Assembly: GCA_012295275.1 (NCBI GenBank)
Contig: CM022675.1
Location: 5,022,001 to 5,086,000, forward strand
Source: Chrysomallon squamiferum
Taxonomy: Eukaryota > Animalia > Mollusca
DNA: 64,000 bases
Reading direction: 5' to 3'
Shown: positions 1-14,000 of the stretch, one piece after another
How positions within the stretch are numbered: position 1 is the stretch's first letter
How the letters are laid out: each line of letters begins with the position of its first letter
Translations under genes and position numbers: made by a program
The notes under the pieces: generated by a model
What the model saw: only the letters and a program-made list of their open reading frames with translations
Told to the model about the DNA's origin: nothing
Databases searched by the model: none

Positions 1-38
1 TACATTAAAAATATTTTTAATTTTTTTTTTTTTTTCAG

Positions 39-3000
39 AAATCAAATGGTTATCAGTGGGTTACATTATAAGAAATTTTCATGGGAGTTTCCTTGGACAA
101 ATAAGGATGAAGAATGCAAGGAAGTAAATTTTATTTAATAATTTTCATTTGTTCATGTAAATTATTTTCATGTCAATAGGAAATTTATAAATAAAAACAG
201 AAATACCTGAAGTGAAGAGAAAGAAATTCCTGTTTTTAGACTGACCTGTTTTGTGCCAAATTACAAATTATTTTTAATCCCCAGTGAGGTTCTTTTAGAA
301 ACAGCTATGGTTCCTACTTTTTAAAAGATCTTGTAATTAATTTTTTTCTGCAGTTTATCTGGAAATGATAATCAATGTAATTGTTTTTCTTCTTCTAATG
401 CCAGTTTCCAACATGTACTGTTGCTCTGAAAGGACTTCCTGTACTTTTATCAGCATATCCATTTATGGATCCTCTGACAGAACCAATAGACATAGAAAAT
501 AATGAAATTTTAGAATGAATGTTCCTGTGTGTCTGAGCATTTCAGTATTCATTTATAATCTCATTTAATGAAAACAGTAGAGAAAATAATTCCTTTTACT
601 TTTTTGTTTAATGCTTTTCTTATTTCCAGGTTGTTTTTTTTCATTTCATTGTTTTCTTATTATTTATGAAATAATATTTTCAGTTTTGTTTTTGTTTTCA
701 CTTTAAAAAAAAATAATATGCAAAATATTTTTTCTTTCATCATTTTAAAATTTTTATTTATTTTATTATTATAACTTTTTTCTTTTTTTGTCTTCAGTTT
801 TATAAGGAAATATTGCTGAAATTACACATTATCAAATGTATTTAAATTACTACTGATATTACACAGATAACAGGAATATATTCTTTGGCATGTGATACCA
901 TGATGACGTATGCCATTGCAGTGAATATGCTTATTAAAAATCAGAAAACTATGACTGGTATAAACCTTGCACACCAAATTCGAAAGGTAACATTTTTGTT
1001 TCTGTTTTGAACATGTTCATAATACTGAATATAAAAAAGTTATAAATAAAACATTTGCCAATTTTTTTATCACACATTATAGGAACTGAGAGTGTATGTA
1101 TATTTGTATACATAGTTTCTGTGTGTCTGGTTGTTAGAGTGGGAGGTGTGTGGTTTAAGATGTTTTTGAACTTATATTTCTTTGTTTTCTAGACTAAGAC
1201 AGTTGGTTTAACTGGAATAATAAAATTTGATAATTACGGAAACAGACCAGGATATATCAGGCATGTAGTATATTATATCCACATCCTTCAACATCTGATA
1301 CTTTAATATCTACCGTAAGTAAAATACACTTAATAAACAATTCTGTATTAAAAAAAAAAGTTATTTTAAAAAATAATAAAATGTAGAACTTTCTCCTTTT
1401 TTTCACTTTATCTTGGTAAGTATTTATTACAAATTATTTTATTAATTTACTTGTGTATTCTTGGCTATAACTAGGAAAATTCTTTGCATGAACAAATTTT
1501 TTTTTATATCATAATGATTAAAATTACAGTGTCAGAGAATTAAAACACTTTTATTAGTCAAGGAGTCTACAGTTTAATGAATCCCGAGTTCAAATGAAAT
1601 GCCAATTATTCATCTGTATATTCATATTCCACCTTGAGAGAATTGTCAGAATTAAAAATAAATACCTTTTTATTTTGGAAGTGGTTTACAGTCTAAAAAT
1701 TTTCAGCCGCTTCATACATAAGCTTGACAAGAATCCACAGCAGGAGTCCAAGCACTTCCTCCATGGGACGCCCACCTTGGAGTTATGAAGTATCTCCAAC
1801 AGGGTTTCCCAATGCTAACTTTGTTAATAAGCGTTTGTGAGAAGAGTTTTACTATTTTATTTAGAATCATAATCATTCTCGAGTGATCTTGTGTCCTTTT
1901 TGAAACCTTTTTGTGAGATTTTATTGTTCATTGTTTTTGATACAGTTTTGTAGTTTGTTTTACCAACACTTGTTTATTTCTGTACATTGTGTTAATAATT
2001 AAGTTTTATATTCTTTTAACTTCTAGAGTATAAAATATGCTGATATGATATTTGAATTCTATAATTTATCACTTAGGTATTGCTTAATACATTGAGTTTA
2101 AAATGAATTTCTGGAATATACTATCTCATATATAACCACTTCTACCAAGGTTAGCTTCAGATGTCAGTAGTTTGTTAATAAAGAAAATTTACATGAGATG
2201 TAGTAATACATAGCAGGTTTATTTTGTATCTATTGTTTGCTTCAAAAACATGGTTTACACATCAAGTATATTGTTTTTAATACATAATAAAATAATTCAT
2301 TTTGATTGTTATCCACTTATACTTTATAAAACTTTAATGAAAGCTATAAGTATCATGAATCTTTTAAATGTATTACCTGTTTTAATAATTTATTTTTATA
2401 TTGAATTTATTTTAAGAGAGATACATTTATATATTGCAGATTTAATACTCCAAAAGGAATGATTGTTAGTGAAAGATTTGAACTGACATCAGTTCCACCT
2501 GAAAATAGTTTAATAATATTTTAAATAATTATGGGCATAATTAGGTTTGTGTATACTCTTAAGTCATGTAAAAACTATAACTGTCGTCTGATGCTTACAT
2601 GTCTGTTAGCGTTATCAAAACATAAGAAAAAACTCCACTTGTCTCTTTCTCTTATTTGTTTTTATTACAAATAGTGAAGCTTAGAAGATGTCCTGTCCAA
2701 TGATTCAGTACCATTAGACTGGAGTTTTCGATTTTCTATTCTCAAAGATATCTGTCATGGAATGAGTTACATTCACGTCTCCACTCCAGTCACATGGACA
2801 TCTCAAAGTTTCTCATAATGTACAATAAAATAAAATAAATTAATGATATAGTTTAAAAAAAAAAAAAAAAAAAAAAAATAGAACTACCTTAATTATGGAT
2901 GCTGCCATTTACCCTTCTGTGTTTAAGTTATTAATAATATTACAGTGACAATACATGTTCATACATTTGCAGTGGTTTGTTCATATAAACTTGTTTTTCC

Positions 3001-4887
3001 TCTTAATCATAATTTTAGGCCATGGATGTCCGACAATGAGATATCTGGCTGCAAGAATATCAGTACCAGATGATGAACCCTTAGTGTTGAAATTTGACAG
3101 TCTTTAAAAATATTATTGTACCACTCAATTTTGTGAGCTCATATACATGTATGTTGTTTATTTCATGAATATTTCCTTTAATTATCTGCCAGAAATTACT
3201 GGCTAGAAAGGGAAATAACTGAATAGAAGAACCAACAAAATTCAGTCTTATATCCAGTTATGGTTTGAACCAGAGTGACCTTTCTTGAATTAGAAGTAAA
3301 TTTATTGAAAGATTTATTTCATTTTGTAATAGTTTTAAATGATTGTTCTTTCAGATTTCAATCATTTTAACTGAAATCATCAATCATGAAGAACCATACA
3401 GTGCTGGAACTTACAATGATCTCTCCATGATCTCTTCAGATGACATTCTCAGTCTGCTTAGGTCAAAAGAGTCACCAGAATGTAAACCTGCATTAAAGAT
3501 AGGAAAAACAAACAAAAAATTGAAACAGAAAATAATGTAATTTTAATTTATTATTGAATAAATGAATTTATTTATTATTTCTTTCATTTTTTATTTACTT
3601 GTTCATTTATTTTTTATTTTAAGACATTCTAAAACAAATAAAATATATTTCTATATGTTGTTTCTTCTCCAGCTGTTGAGTACATTGTATATTGAAGTTG
3701 AAGATTATTTCCAACCACATATTGATCTATGTTGCCTGAAAACATAAGAGAAGAGACACAAATACTTAAGTGTCAAGCCAAATTTATCCCTAATAGTATT
3801 CATTCAAGATTTTAATTTGATGCTAGTAAATTCACAAATATGAGTATTTTTATTAATGATACATCCAACCATTTTTTAATCTACTGTTCAGGGCTATGCA
3901 GCTCAGTATAGAAGAATCGTTAATCTTCTTTTTTTTTGTACACCTCCCCTCACATCAGTGACCTTCTATATATCTCTTTATTTAAATAGATAAACTTGAC
4001 ACCAAGCACGGACTGTAATGAAAAATGTTCCATCAGGTGTTATAAGATATGTGAAAAACTAATATAAAACACCTAAAACTATTTTATCATGAACATTCAT
4101 TTTAACTAGAAGTGAGGCATATTGTTTTTCTCAGTAGTCAGGCTGGATGGGGAATAATGGACACATGTCCTCTGAAAGTATTTCTAACGTTCTGGAATTT
4201 TTAAATTTTGGATTAATCTTCTGTGGTGCTCCCATTCAGCTTTTTCATGTTCCAACTGATTGTCTGTAAGCAGTTTCTCAAAGGCCATGATAGTTACTAT
4301 CCTGTTATTGAAAAGGCAAGATATATACAATTTAGTAATCCACAATAGGTGACAGTGATAAAATAAAATAAATCTGGTAATACAGTTTTGTGTGTGTGTG
4401 TGTTTGTGTGTGTGTGATGTTAAAAATTGCTATTTTATTGCTTCATTCACAGGAGCATTTGTTTTTATGTGTGTTATAAAGACTACAGTATAAGTAAACT
4501 TTGAAATAATGTTTTGTCTCTCTAGCTGTTGTCAGAAATGTGGAATGAACAGCCACATGAACGACCAACTTTCAAGACCTTACTGAGCAATCTAAATCAG
4601 ATCTACCCAATGAAAGGAGATCTCATTGATAATCTTGTAAACATGGTGTGTTCATTTACTGGTGTTTCAAAAGCAGACTGTTACTATAGAATCTATATTT
4701 TGAATAAAGTTTAACAAAAATTATAAGGAATGTTACATGTTTTGTATAGGGGTCACAAATATAACAATTTTTGTTGTGGATCATGATGTATTTTTAAAGC
4801 CAGTTCATTTTCTTACAGAGGAGTAATAAAAGCTAACATTAATTATTAAACTAAAAATCAGTACTATTGATTACTTCTTGAAATTTG

Positions 4888-4922
<35 letters not shown>

Positions 4923-7792
4923 AATTTATGTATATTTGTAAATTATATGATTATTATACAAAATTTTGGCTTAAAAAGACAGATATGTTGGTTACTTTGT
5001 TTGCACTGAATCTAATGTACACTAGCTTGATATGTTTCTTAAAGCTTCAGAAGTGTTCCACAGATCTTGAGGGCATTGTTGCTGAGAGAACAAAGGATCT
5101 GATTGCTGAGAAACAAAAACTTCAATACTTATTCATCAGATGTTACCAAAACAAGTTGAAGAAGATTTAAAATATGGGCACAGTGTTGATCCTCAAAGCT
5201 TTCACTGCATTACCATCTTCTTCAGGTCTTCAGTTTAAAAAATGTTTCTTTCTAAATGTTAACTGAGACCATTTATAGAAGTTTAAAAATATCAATATCT
5301 AGAACTATCTTTTCAGTGATATTTAAGGATTTTATTTATTTAAACTGGGATTTATGCAGAAATTTTATGAAATTTATTTTTCCAAACAAAATAATCATAA
5401 TTCATCATTCTTATATGAAATATAACTTTGATACTTTAATTTAAAACAGAAATAAATACAAATGATTTTCTACACATCTGTTATTTTTGTTTATGTTGCA
5501 GTGACATTGTAGGTTTTACAAAAATTGCCACAGAGAGTACTCCTCTACAAATTGTAGAATTACTCAATGATCTGTACACTACATTTGATGGAATTCTTGA
5601 CGGTTATGATGTATATAAAGTGGAAACAGTTGGTGATACATGTGAGTGAATTATTCAAAATTCTATATGCCACATCACTTTTAACTGAACTAATAAAATG
5701 GCCATCATAAACATCTCTCAAATGAATATAAGGATGCGTGTAAGACCCAAACAGTACATTATGGTTGTAAGTGAATTAAATATTTATTTTTTAAATTTAA
5801 TTTTGTTATCATATAGTCACATGTATTCTATTTACGTATTTGACATTGAATGCAAAATTATATGTTGTATTTTTCTGACTAAGTTATTATAAAAAGTTAT
5901 TATGATAGTTTGTGTTCTGTAATTGGGTTTATATATAAAATGTTGTCACCCATCTATAAATTATTCCACTTTTGAAGAAAAGTAGCCATGCTCTTGATAA
6001 CCAACATGAAAACACTACTTTTGCTACATTCATAAAATCTGATTTAAGGTTGGCTCTGGCAAACATTTTACCTGGTAATTTGGTGGTTTCTATTTATTAA
6101 ACATAAAATTATATTGCTAACATAAAAAGAATCCCACAGATTACAGTGCAAAAAATTATTTATGTATGTATATATACGTATAAATGTCAAATTTACAAAT
6201 ATTGATATAAAATTCAGCTGTTTGTAATTATTTTCAACTTTTAAATCACCCTAAAATTAATAGATTTATTTTCAGTTTAACCCAGTATCATTACAGAAGT
6301 TACGTTTCTGTGGCTGCTTGTCAAGAACATGAATATCTGTCTTGGAAATTGTTTTTATTTTGTTTTTTGCTAGACATGGTTGTCAGTGGTTTGCCAATAT
6401 GGAGTGAGACAAAACATGCTGGAGAAATAGCTACCATGTCTGGACCTGCTGTCATCAGTCAGTGCTTTTAAAATTAAACACATGCAAGACAGAATGCTTC
6501 AACTCCGAGTTGGAATACATTCTGGTATATAAAATAGTCAAGCATTGTCAGTATATTAGTAAATAGTCAAGTATTATTAAATTATAAATTAATACAGATG
6601 TTTAGAATACTTTTAATATTTTTGAAACACACTAAGACTTAAAAACTGATCAGTATTTATTCAAATTCAATTCTGAGTACTATATCATCGGGCAAATGTT
6701 AAAATCAGTTGAAATGCTTTTCATAAATTATTAAGTTAGTAATCAGCTAAAACATTTTGACAGTTTCAGGAACTATTGTGGCTGGTGTTATTGGACTTAA
6801 AATGCCTAGATATTGTTTGTTTGGAGACACTGTCAACACAGCATCTCAAATGGAGAGTAGTTCACTGGGTTTGTTTTTAGTATTATCTAACAATTACTGA
6901 AAATATCATTCTGTTCTTGTTTGCCTGAGGTTAAATATCAAAATAATACATCATCGAACGAAAATAAACAATCCTTACTTAGTCTCTGGAACTGATAAGA
7001 AAGTGTACTGAATATATAAATATATTTATATATAGGTATGCAAACTAATGAAATCTCAATAAGAAGACATGGCTTAATAATACTTTTGTATTCATGTCAG
7101 TAACATAATCAAACTGTTTAGTATTAAACCAAATATAATTAATAAATAAAAACTTATACAGTATTGCTTTGTTTGAATTTACAAATTAAAAGTGTTTATT
7201 CTGTTTATATATTTTAGCTTTACGAATACTGATGAGTGAAAATACTAAAAACATCTTGGATCAACTTGGAGGTTATGAATGTGAATGTTGTGGAGATGTA
7301 TCTGTTAAGGTAATCTTACTGCTATAGTGTGAAAAGTAAATTTCTGACATAATTAAATTAGAAGCCATCTTTATCAGAAGTATGTACTGGATGACTGAGA
7401 CACTAAGTCTCTGAGTCAGTCCTTCATAGAGCCAGTGTTTTCCAGTTCATGTCTCACTGCATGTCATGACTGGTGTATGAAAATAAACTACCTGTGTTAA
7501 TGTAATTAACAAAGTCTATTGGCAGCAATTTTTGGGGGCTGTAAAATGTGTTTAGCAATGAATTGAAAAAATAAAATAATTAAAAAACATCATTTGCAAA
7601 GCAGTATTTTTTTTAATAAAAAGAAAAAAAGTACTATAATTTGTAGCAGTTTTAATCTAGATGTAACTTCACTTGGTTTTTCAGGGTAAGGGAGTTATGA
7701 CAACCTACTGGCTTCTGGGGAAAGATATATGCATAAAACCATTGCCTCATTTAAGCTTGGCTCTGTCTATTTCAGAGCATGAAATTAAATAA
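39..7792 (+). pseudogene. Receptor (membrane) guanylyl cyclase, natriuretic-peptide-receptor-like, copy 1; disrupted, 5' end probably outside the window
   Basis: Exon-like segments, mostly AG/GT-bounded: 39-123, ~405-525, ~798-986 (DTMMTYAIAVN), 1193-1314 (GLTGIIKFDNYGNR, ANF-receptor domain), 2675-~2820 (SLEDVLSNDSVPLDWSFRFSILKDICHGMSYIH, kinase-homology), 3355-3498 (IILTEIINHEEPY), 4526-4645 (WNEQPHERPTF..DNLVNM), 5045-5225 (LEGIVAERT..TIFFS), 5502-5641 ([16 protein letters not shown]), 6374-6524 (MVVSGLP..LRVGIHSG), 6770-6868 ([22 protein letters not shown]), 7218-7309, 7685-7792 (GKGVMTTYWLLG..SEHEIK*). Lesions: stop at 2675, frameshifts near 3358, 5115 and 6440, donor GT changed to AT at 3499. 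Confidence 0.92.
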
Positions 7793-8875
7793 TTGACTAA
7801 CAAACCAATCAATACTCAATGAAGACATCATAGTTATACAGGTAATTACAGAAAGAAAAAACAATTTTCAAGACTACTTCAGCCACATCATGATATCTTT
7901 GTCTGATGATAAAAAGAAGTAATTTGGATTTCGTTAGAAAATTGTTTTCAGCCTTAATTAATTTTCTTTTAGCCTATGTACATGAATTACCTGCAGATTA
8001 AAATAAATCTTCCATGTACGTCTTTTATTGCAAATACAGAAATGGAGTTTTTCTTCTTGAAAGGTGTTGATTCAGAATGTCTCTTCTTTTTTCATTTTCT
8101 CTCATACTGTTATCACGTGTTACTTCTTTTGATGTAGAAGTCATCTATATAGTAACAGACAGCATTTAAATTTGACACAACAGATGCACGAAAATAAAAC
8201 AATAAAGAGTGTAAAATAAGATTTAAAATAACAGAATATACGCAAAAATAAAATAACAAATAATGTAAAAAAAAAATCAAAAATAGATCAGATACACACT
8301 TTAATTATCAAGCGGTAAAACCGTGTAATCTTTGTTTATGTGAAAAATTCATTAAAAAGAATTGATGCATAACCTGTCATCAGCACACTAAAAACCACCT
8401 AGAAATACTCGTTAGTACTCTTCTGCCCTTGAGCCTGCCTCCCCTCCAGAGATAAAAATACAGAATGCACTTTTTTCGATTATCAACTTCAGTTTTACAA
8501 TTAGTAAGCATCAGTACATACTGCTGAACGATACAATTCTTTGCAAGTTTTATCGTGGAATTCAAACGTCCTGACATCATTAGCTACGCCCAAAACTGTA
8601 GCTATAAATAGAAACCAGCATGTACAGTGTGGACACTCGGGGTTTAAATTATTTGCGTATTTGTATATTTTTGTGTTTTTGTTAACAAAACCACTGAAGT
8701 CAGCTACACATGGGTTATACTGTGCATTAATCTCCGTATGGTTTCAAAATCCTTTTTCAAATAACTTGTGATAAAACAGACTTAAACAAAGAAGTAATTA
8801 ACCGTGGCTAAATAAAAAAAAATAAATAAAAATAAAAATAAAAATAATAAATTATTAAAATAAATAATAATTAAA

Positions 8876-8958
<83 letters not shown>
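8876..8958. repeat. (AAT)n microsatellite
   Basis: Pure AAT run; it produces the spurious poly-Leu ORF 8782..9042. Confidence 0.95.
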
Positions 8959-9804
8959 GAAAAGTAAAATGTTAAATAAAAAAAATAAAAACATAATGAT
9001 ACCCATGAAATAACAACAAAAGCATTGCAATGAATCACACAACTTTAGTTTTATTGTATATCTGTTTATTATAATTCACAATTACTACAAGTGTCAGAGT
9101 TAATTCTACATATGATCTCAAATAGTGTTCAAGCTTGAAAATAATATCAGTACAAGTTATTAAGATTATATAATATTCCTCCTATAAAAAAGTAAAGACT
9201 ATAAAATACAGATAAAATTCTTATTAAAAGAAAAAGTAAACAAACATTTTATACAGAATACGATTCAAATGCAAACAGTAATGCTGTTAAAGTAAATACT
9301 TCAAATAATATCACACAGAAAAAACACTGTTAAAAAGCACCAAATTGTTATAAAGTCATTCTTATAAATAAACAAATAACAACCAAAGAAGTAATTTAGA
9401 AATCTTTTGTGTTGATATGTAACATCATCTCTTTTTATAATATGATTGTCTGTCTATCTCATTTCAAATATTTTCATCCACTGAATGAAGGTTTATGACA
9501 ACAAAAGTTAAAAGTGGAAGATATCTGTCTTTTGTGAATCATGTTCTTTCAGCTGTTGTGTGAGATATTCATATGATACACCTGCAGTTCAATTGTTGTC
9601 ATATCAGATATCATCTACCAATACTTTCAAATTATGTATACTTTTTTCAATGTAAAATAGTTGTATATGTAAATGTTTACAATTTTAATATTACATGCTC
9701 ACGTGTATCAAAGAGAAAACTATGAAAATTACAAAGAGTTTGATTGTTGTGATGTTATAACAAAAACAAAAATTTAATGACTTACTGCTGCACCACAATT
9801 ATAT

Positions 9805-10058
9805 ATTGTTTTAATAAAAAAAAACTCACCTCACTGTTTTAATGATTACCGATTTTGTATCACTTTGAATTTTATATTGTTTTAATAAAACAAATATTCA
9901 CCACTCACTGTTAACTTCAAATATCACACTGATACCGATTTTGTACCACTTTGAGTTTTAGTAACAGATTGTTTTAATAAAACAAATTTTCACCACTCAC
10001 TTTTAACTTTAAATATCACACTGATACTGATTTTGTACCACTTTGGCTTTTAGTAATA
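9805..10058. repeat. ~92-bp tandem repeat (about 3 degenerate units) downstream of PARP copy 1
   Basis: Units starting attgttttaataaaa at 9805, 9876 and 9968, each containing gattttgtaycactttg; one unit only in the paralogous region ~52775-52860. Confidence 0.8.
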
Positions 10059-10187
10059 TATTATTAATGTCTTTAATAAAATGTAAGTTAATAAGATCTT
10101 ACATTTAGACCATTTTCTTCACAAGTAATATTAGAAACAAAAGTTCAAGAACATATGTCATGTTTAGCTGTTCTTTTTAGTAACAGT

Positions 10188-10983
10188 TTAACGATATTCT
10201 ATTAAGTATTCTGCATAGCACTGGTCATTATCAAAAATTACAAATGTGGTAGGTCGGACTGTGTTGTTGACGACACTGTCGTAGAGTTCATCTGGCTTTG
10301 ACTCGTCAACTGGTGGTGGTTTTTTCATTCCTTTTCACCATTTGTATATTTTCCAACAAGTACTCTCACCCTGAACATAAACCTAGAAAAATATAATCAT
10401 ATTCAATAAAATTTTCTTTAATTTAATTACACTAATGTCTCTTCACACTGGCAAAACAAAAAAAAAAAAAAAAAAAATTCACGAACATATAGCTCTGTAT
10501 TGAATTAATGTGTATTAATAAATATTTGTAGTAAACTTACATACAGCCTAATATTTTAACATGATTTTGATTGCAAATACAAAAGACAAATTATTAAACA
10601 CATGTAATTAAAATACTAAGTCTGAATGTTAACAATTTATAACACACAGCACTTTTGTAACGTGGGTGGGCGAACTAAAGATGCCTGATTCTCAAAGAAA
10701 TGCTTTTGCTTTCTATCTCAACGTTTCTTGATCATGTTGATTCTAAAGAAATTTAAAACATTTCTATTACCTGTTTCCCTGTTCATTTGGTTCTGTGAAG
10801 CCATCAGCTGTTTTGGATTCTGAAGCAAAGTAGGCACCATCACCATACAATGCTCGCTTTACCACTCTAAAGTCAATACCTTGATTTACAATGCGATCAA
10901 CAATGTCTGCTTTGGTACCATGGAACAGTTGTTGCTCATTCGCACCATCTAGGCCATAATGGTCTTTCATGATTCCTTTTTTC
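10188..10983 (-). pseudogene. Mono-ADP-ribosyltransferase (PARP11/12/14-like) catalytic-domain exons, copy 1
   Basis: Exon 10983-10771 (EQQLFHGT..NQGIDFR..LYGDGAYFAS) and terminal exon 10382-10188 (FMFRVRVLVGKYT..KPPP..LYDSVVNN..PTTFVIFDNDQCYAEYLIEYR*), both with canonical splice sites. A single -1 frameshift lies in an A-run near 10332. Confidence 0.88.
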
Positions 10984-11077
10984 CTGAAATGTAAAATGGA
11001 TTTGTGAAGTCAGAGAAAGATGTTCTAAGTAAGTATGACCCATTTTATGACACGGCTTTTTCAGTGGAAATCATGTT

Positions 11078-14000
11078 CCTTGTTATCAGTTGTAAATACA
11101 GTGGACCCTTGTTATTAGTTGTAAATACAGTGGCACCTTGTTATCAGTTGTAAATACAGTGGTACCTTGTTATCAGTTGTAAATACAGTGGTACCTTGTT
11201 ATCAGTTGTAAATACAGTGGTACCTTGTTATCAGTTGTAAATACAGTGGTACCTTGTTATCAGTTGTAAATACAGTGGTACCTTGTTATCAGTTGTAAAT
11301 ACAGTGGTACCTTGTTATCAGTTGTAAATACAGGACCCTTGTTATCAGTTGTAAATACAGTGGTACCTTGTTATCAGTTGTAAATACAGTGGTACCTTGT
11401 TATCAGTTGTAAATACAGTGGCACCTTGTGGTAAATACAGTGGTACCTTGTTATCAGTTGTAAATACAGTGGTACCTTGTTATCAGTTGTAAATACAGTG
11501 GTACCTTGTTATCAGTTGTAAATACAGTGGTACCTTGTTATCAGTTGTAAATACAGTGGTACCTTGTTATCAGTTGTAAATACAGTGGTACCTTGTTATC
11601 AGTTGTAAATACCTTGTTATCAGTGGTACCTTGTTATCAGTTGTAAATACAGTGGTACCTTTGTTATCAGTTGTAAATACAGTGGTACCTTGTTATCAGT
11701 TGTAAATACAGTGGTACCTTGTTATCAGTTGTAAATACAGTGGTACCTTGTTATCAGTTGTAAATACAGTGGTACCTTGTTATCAGTTTGTTATCAGTTG
11801 TTAAATACAACCTTGTTATCAGTTGTAAATACAGTGGTACCTTGTTATCAGTTGTAAATACACTGGTACATTGTTATCAGTTGTAAATACAGTGGTACCT
11901 TGTTATCAGTTGTAAATACAGTGGTACCTTGTTATCAGTTGTAAATACAGTACCCTTGTTATCAGTTGTAAATACAGTGGTACCTTGTTATCAGTTGTAA
12001 ATACAGTGGTACCTTGTTATCAGTTGTAAATACAGTGGTACCTTGTTATCAGTTGTAAATACAGTGGTACCTTGTTATCAGTTGTAAATACAGTGGTACC
12101 TTGTTATCAGTTGTAAATACAGTGGTACCTTGTTATCAGTTGTAAATACAGTGGTACCTTGTTATCAGTTGTAAATACAGGACCCTTGTTATCAGTTGTA
12201 AAAATACCTTGTTATCAGTGGTACCTTGTTATCAGTTGTAAATACAGTGGTACCTTGTTATCAGTTGTAAATACAGTGGTACCTTGTTATCAGTTGTAAA
12301 TACAGTGGTACCTTGTTATCAGTTGTTATCAGTTGTAAATAATACCTTGTTATGGTACCTTGTTATCAGTTGTAAATACAGTGGTACCTTGTTATCAGTT
12401 GTAAATACAGTGGTACCTTGTTTCATCAGTTGTAAAAATACAGTGGTACCTTGTTATCAGTTGTAAATACAGTGGTACCTTGGTACCTTGTTATCAGTTG
12501 TAAATACAGTGGTACCTTTGTTATCAGTTGTAAATACAGTGGTACCTTGTTATCAGTTGTAAATACAGTGGTACCTTGTTATCAGTTGTAAATAGTGGAC
12601 CCTTGTTGGTACCTTGTTATCAGTTGTAAATACAGTGGTACCTTGTTATCAGTTGTAAATACAGTAAATACAGTGGTACCTTGTTATCAGTTGTAAATAA
12701 GTAAATACAGTGGTACCTTTTATCAGTTGTAAAATACAGTCACCTTGTTATGTAAAAATAGTGGTACCTTGTTATCAGTTGTAAATACAGTGGTACCTTG
12801 TTATCAGTTTATCAGTTGTTAAATATACAGTGGTTACCTTGTTATCAGTTGTAAATACAGTGGTACCTTGTTATCAGTTGTAAATACAGTGGTACCTTGT
12901 TATCAGTTGTAAATACAGTGGTACCTTGTTATCAGTTGTAAATACAGTGGTACCTTGTTATCAGTTGTAAATACAGTGGTACCTTGTTATCAGTTGTAAA
13001 TACAGTGGTACCTTGTTATCAGTTGTAAATACAGTGGTACCTTGTTATCAGTTGTAAATACAGTGGTACCTTGTTATCAGTTGTAAATACAGTGGTACCT
13101 TGTTATCAGTTGTAAATACAGTGGTACCTTGTTATCAGTTGTAAATACAGTAAACCTTGTTATCAGTTGTAAATACAGTGGTACCTTGTTATCAGTTGTA
13201 AATACAGTGGTACCTTGTTATCAGTTGTAAATACAGTGGTACCTTGTTATCAGTTGTAAATACAGTGGTACCTTGTTATCAGTTGTAAATACAGTGGTAC
13301 CTTGTTATCAGTTGTAAATACAGTGGTACCTTGTTATCAGTTGTAAATACAGTGGTACCTTGTTATCAGTTGTAAATACAGTGGCACCTTGTTATCAGTT
13401 GTAAATACAGTACCTTGTTATCAGTTGTAAATACAGTGGTACCTTGTTATCAGTTGTAAATACAGTGGTACCTTGTTATCAGTTGTAAATACAGTGGTAC
13501 CTTGTTATCAGTTGTAAATACAGGACCCTTGTTATCAGTTGTAAATACAGTGGTACCTTGTTATCAGTTGTAAATACAGTGGTACCTTGTTATCAGTTGT
13601 AAATACAGTGGTACCTTGTTATCAGTTGTAAATACAGTGGTACCTTGTTATCAGTTGTAAATACAGTGGTACCTTGTTATCAGTTGTAAATACAGTGGTA
13701 CCTTGTTATCAGTTGTAAATACAGTGGTACCTTGTTATCAGTTGTAAATACAGTGGTACCTTGTTATCAGTTGTAAATACAGTGGTACCTTGTTATCAGT
13801 TGTAAATACAGTGGACCCTTGTTATCAGTTGTAAATACAGTGATACCTTGTTATCAGTTGTAAATACAGTGGTACCTTGTTATCAGTTGTAAATACAGTG
13901 GGACCTTGTTATCAGTTGTAAATACAGTGGTACCTTGTTATCAGTTGTAAATACAGTGGTACCTTGTTATCAGTTGTAAATACAGTGGTACCTTGTTATC

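Noticed and set aside
1560-1900. GC-richer island in a cyclase intron (ORF 1594..1788)
   Set aside because: No recognisable motif on either strand; possibly a TE fragment but unsupported.
12284-12466. ORF within the minisatellite
   Set aside because: Chance open frame of the repeat.
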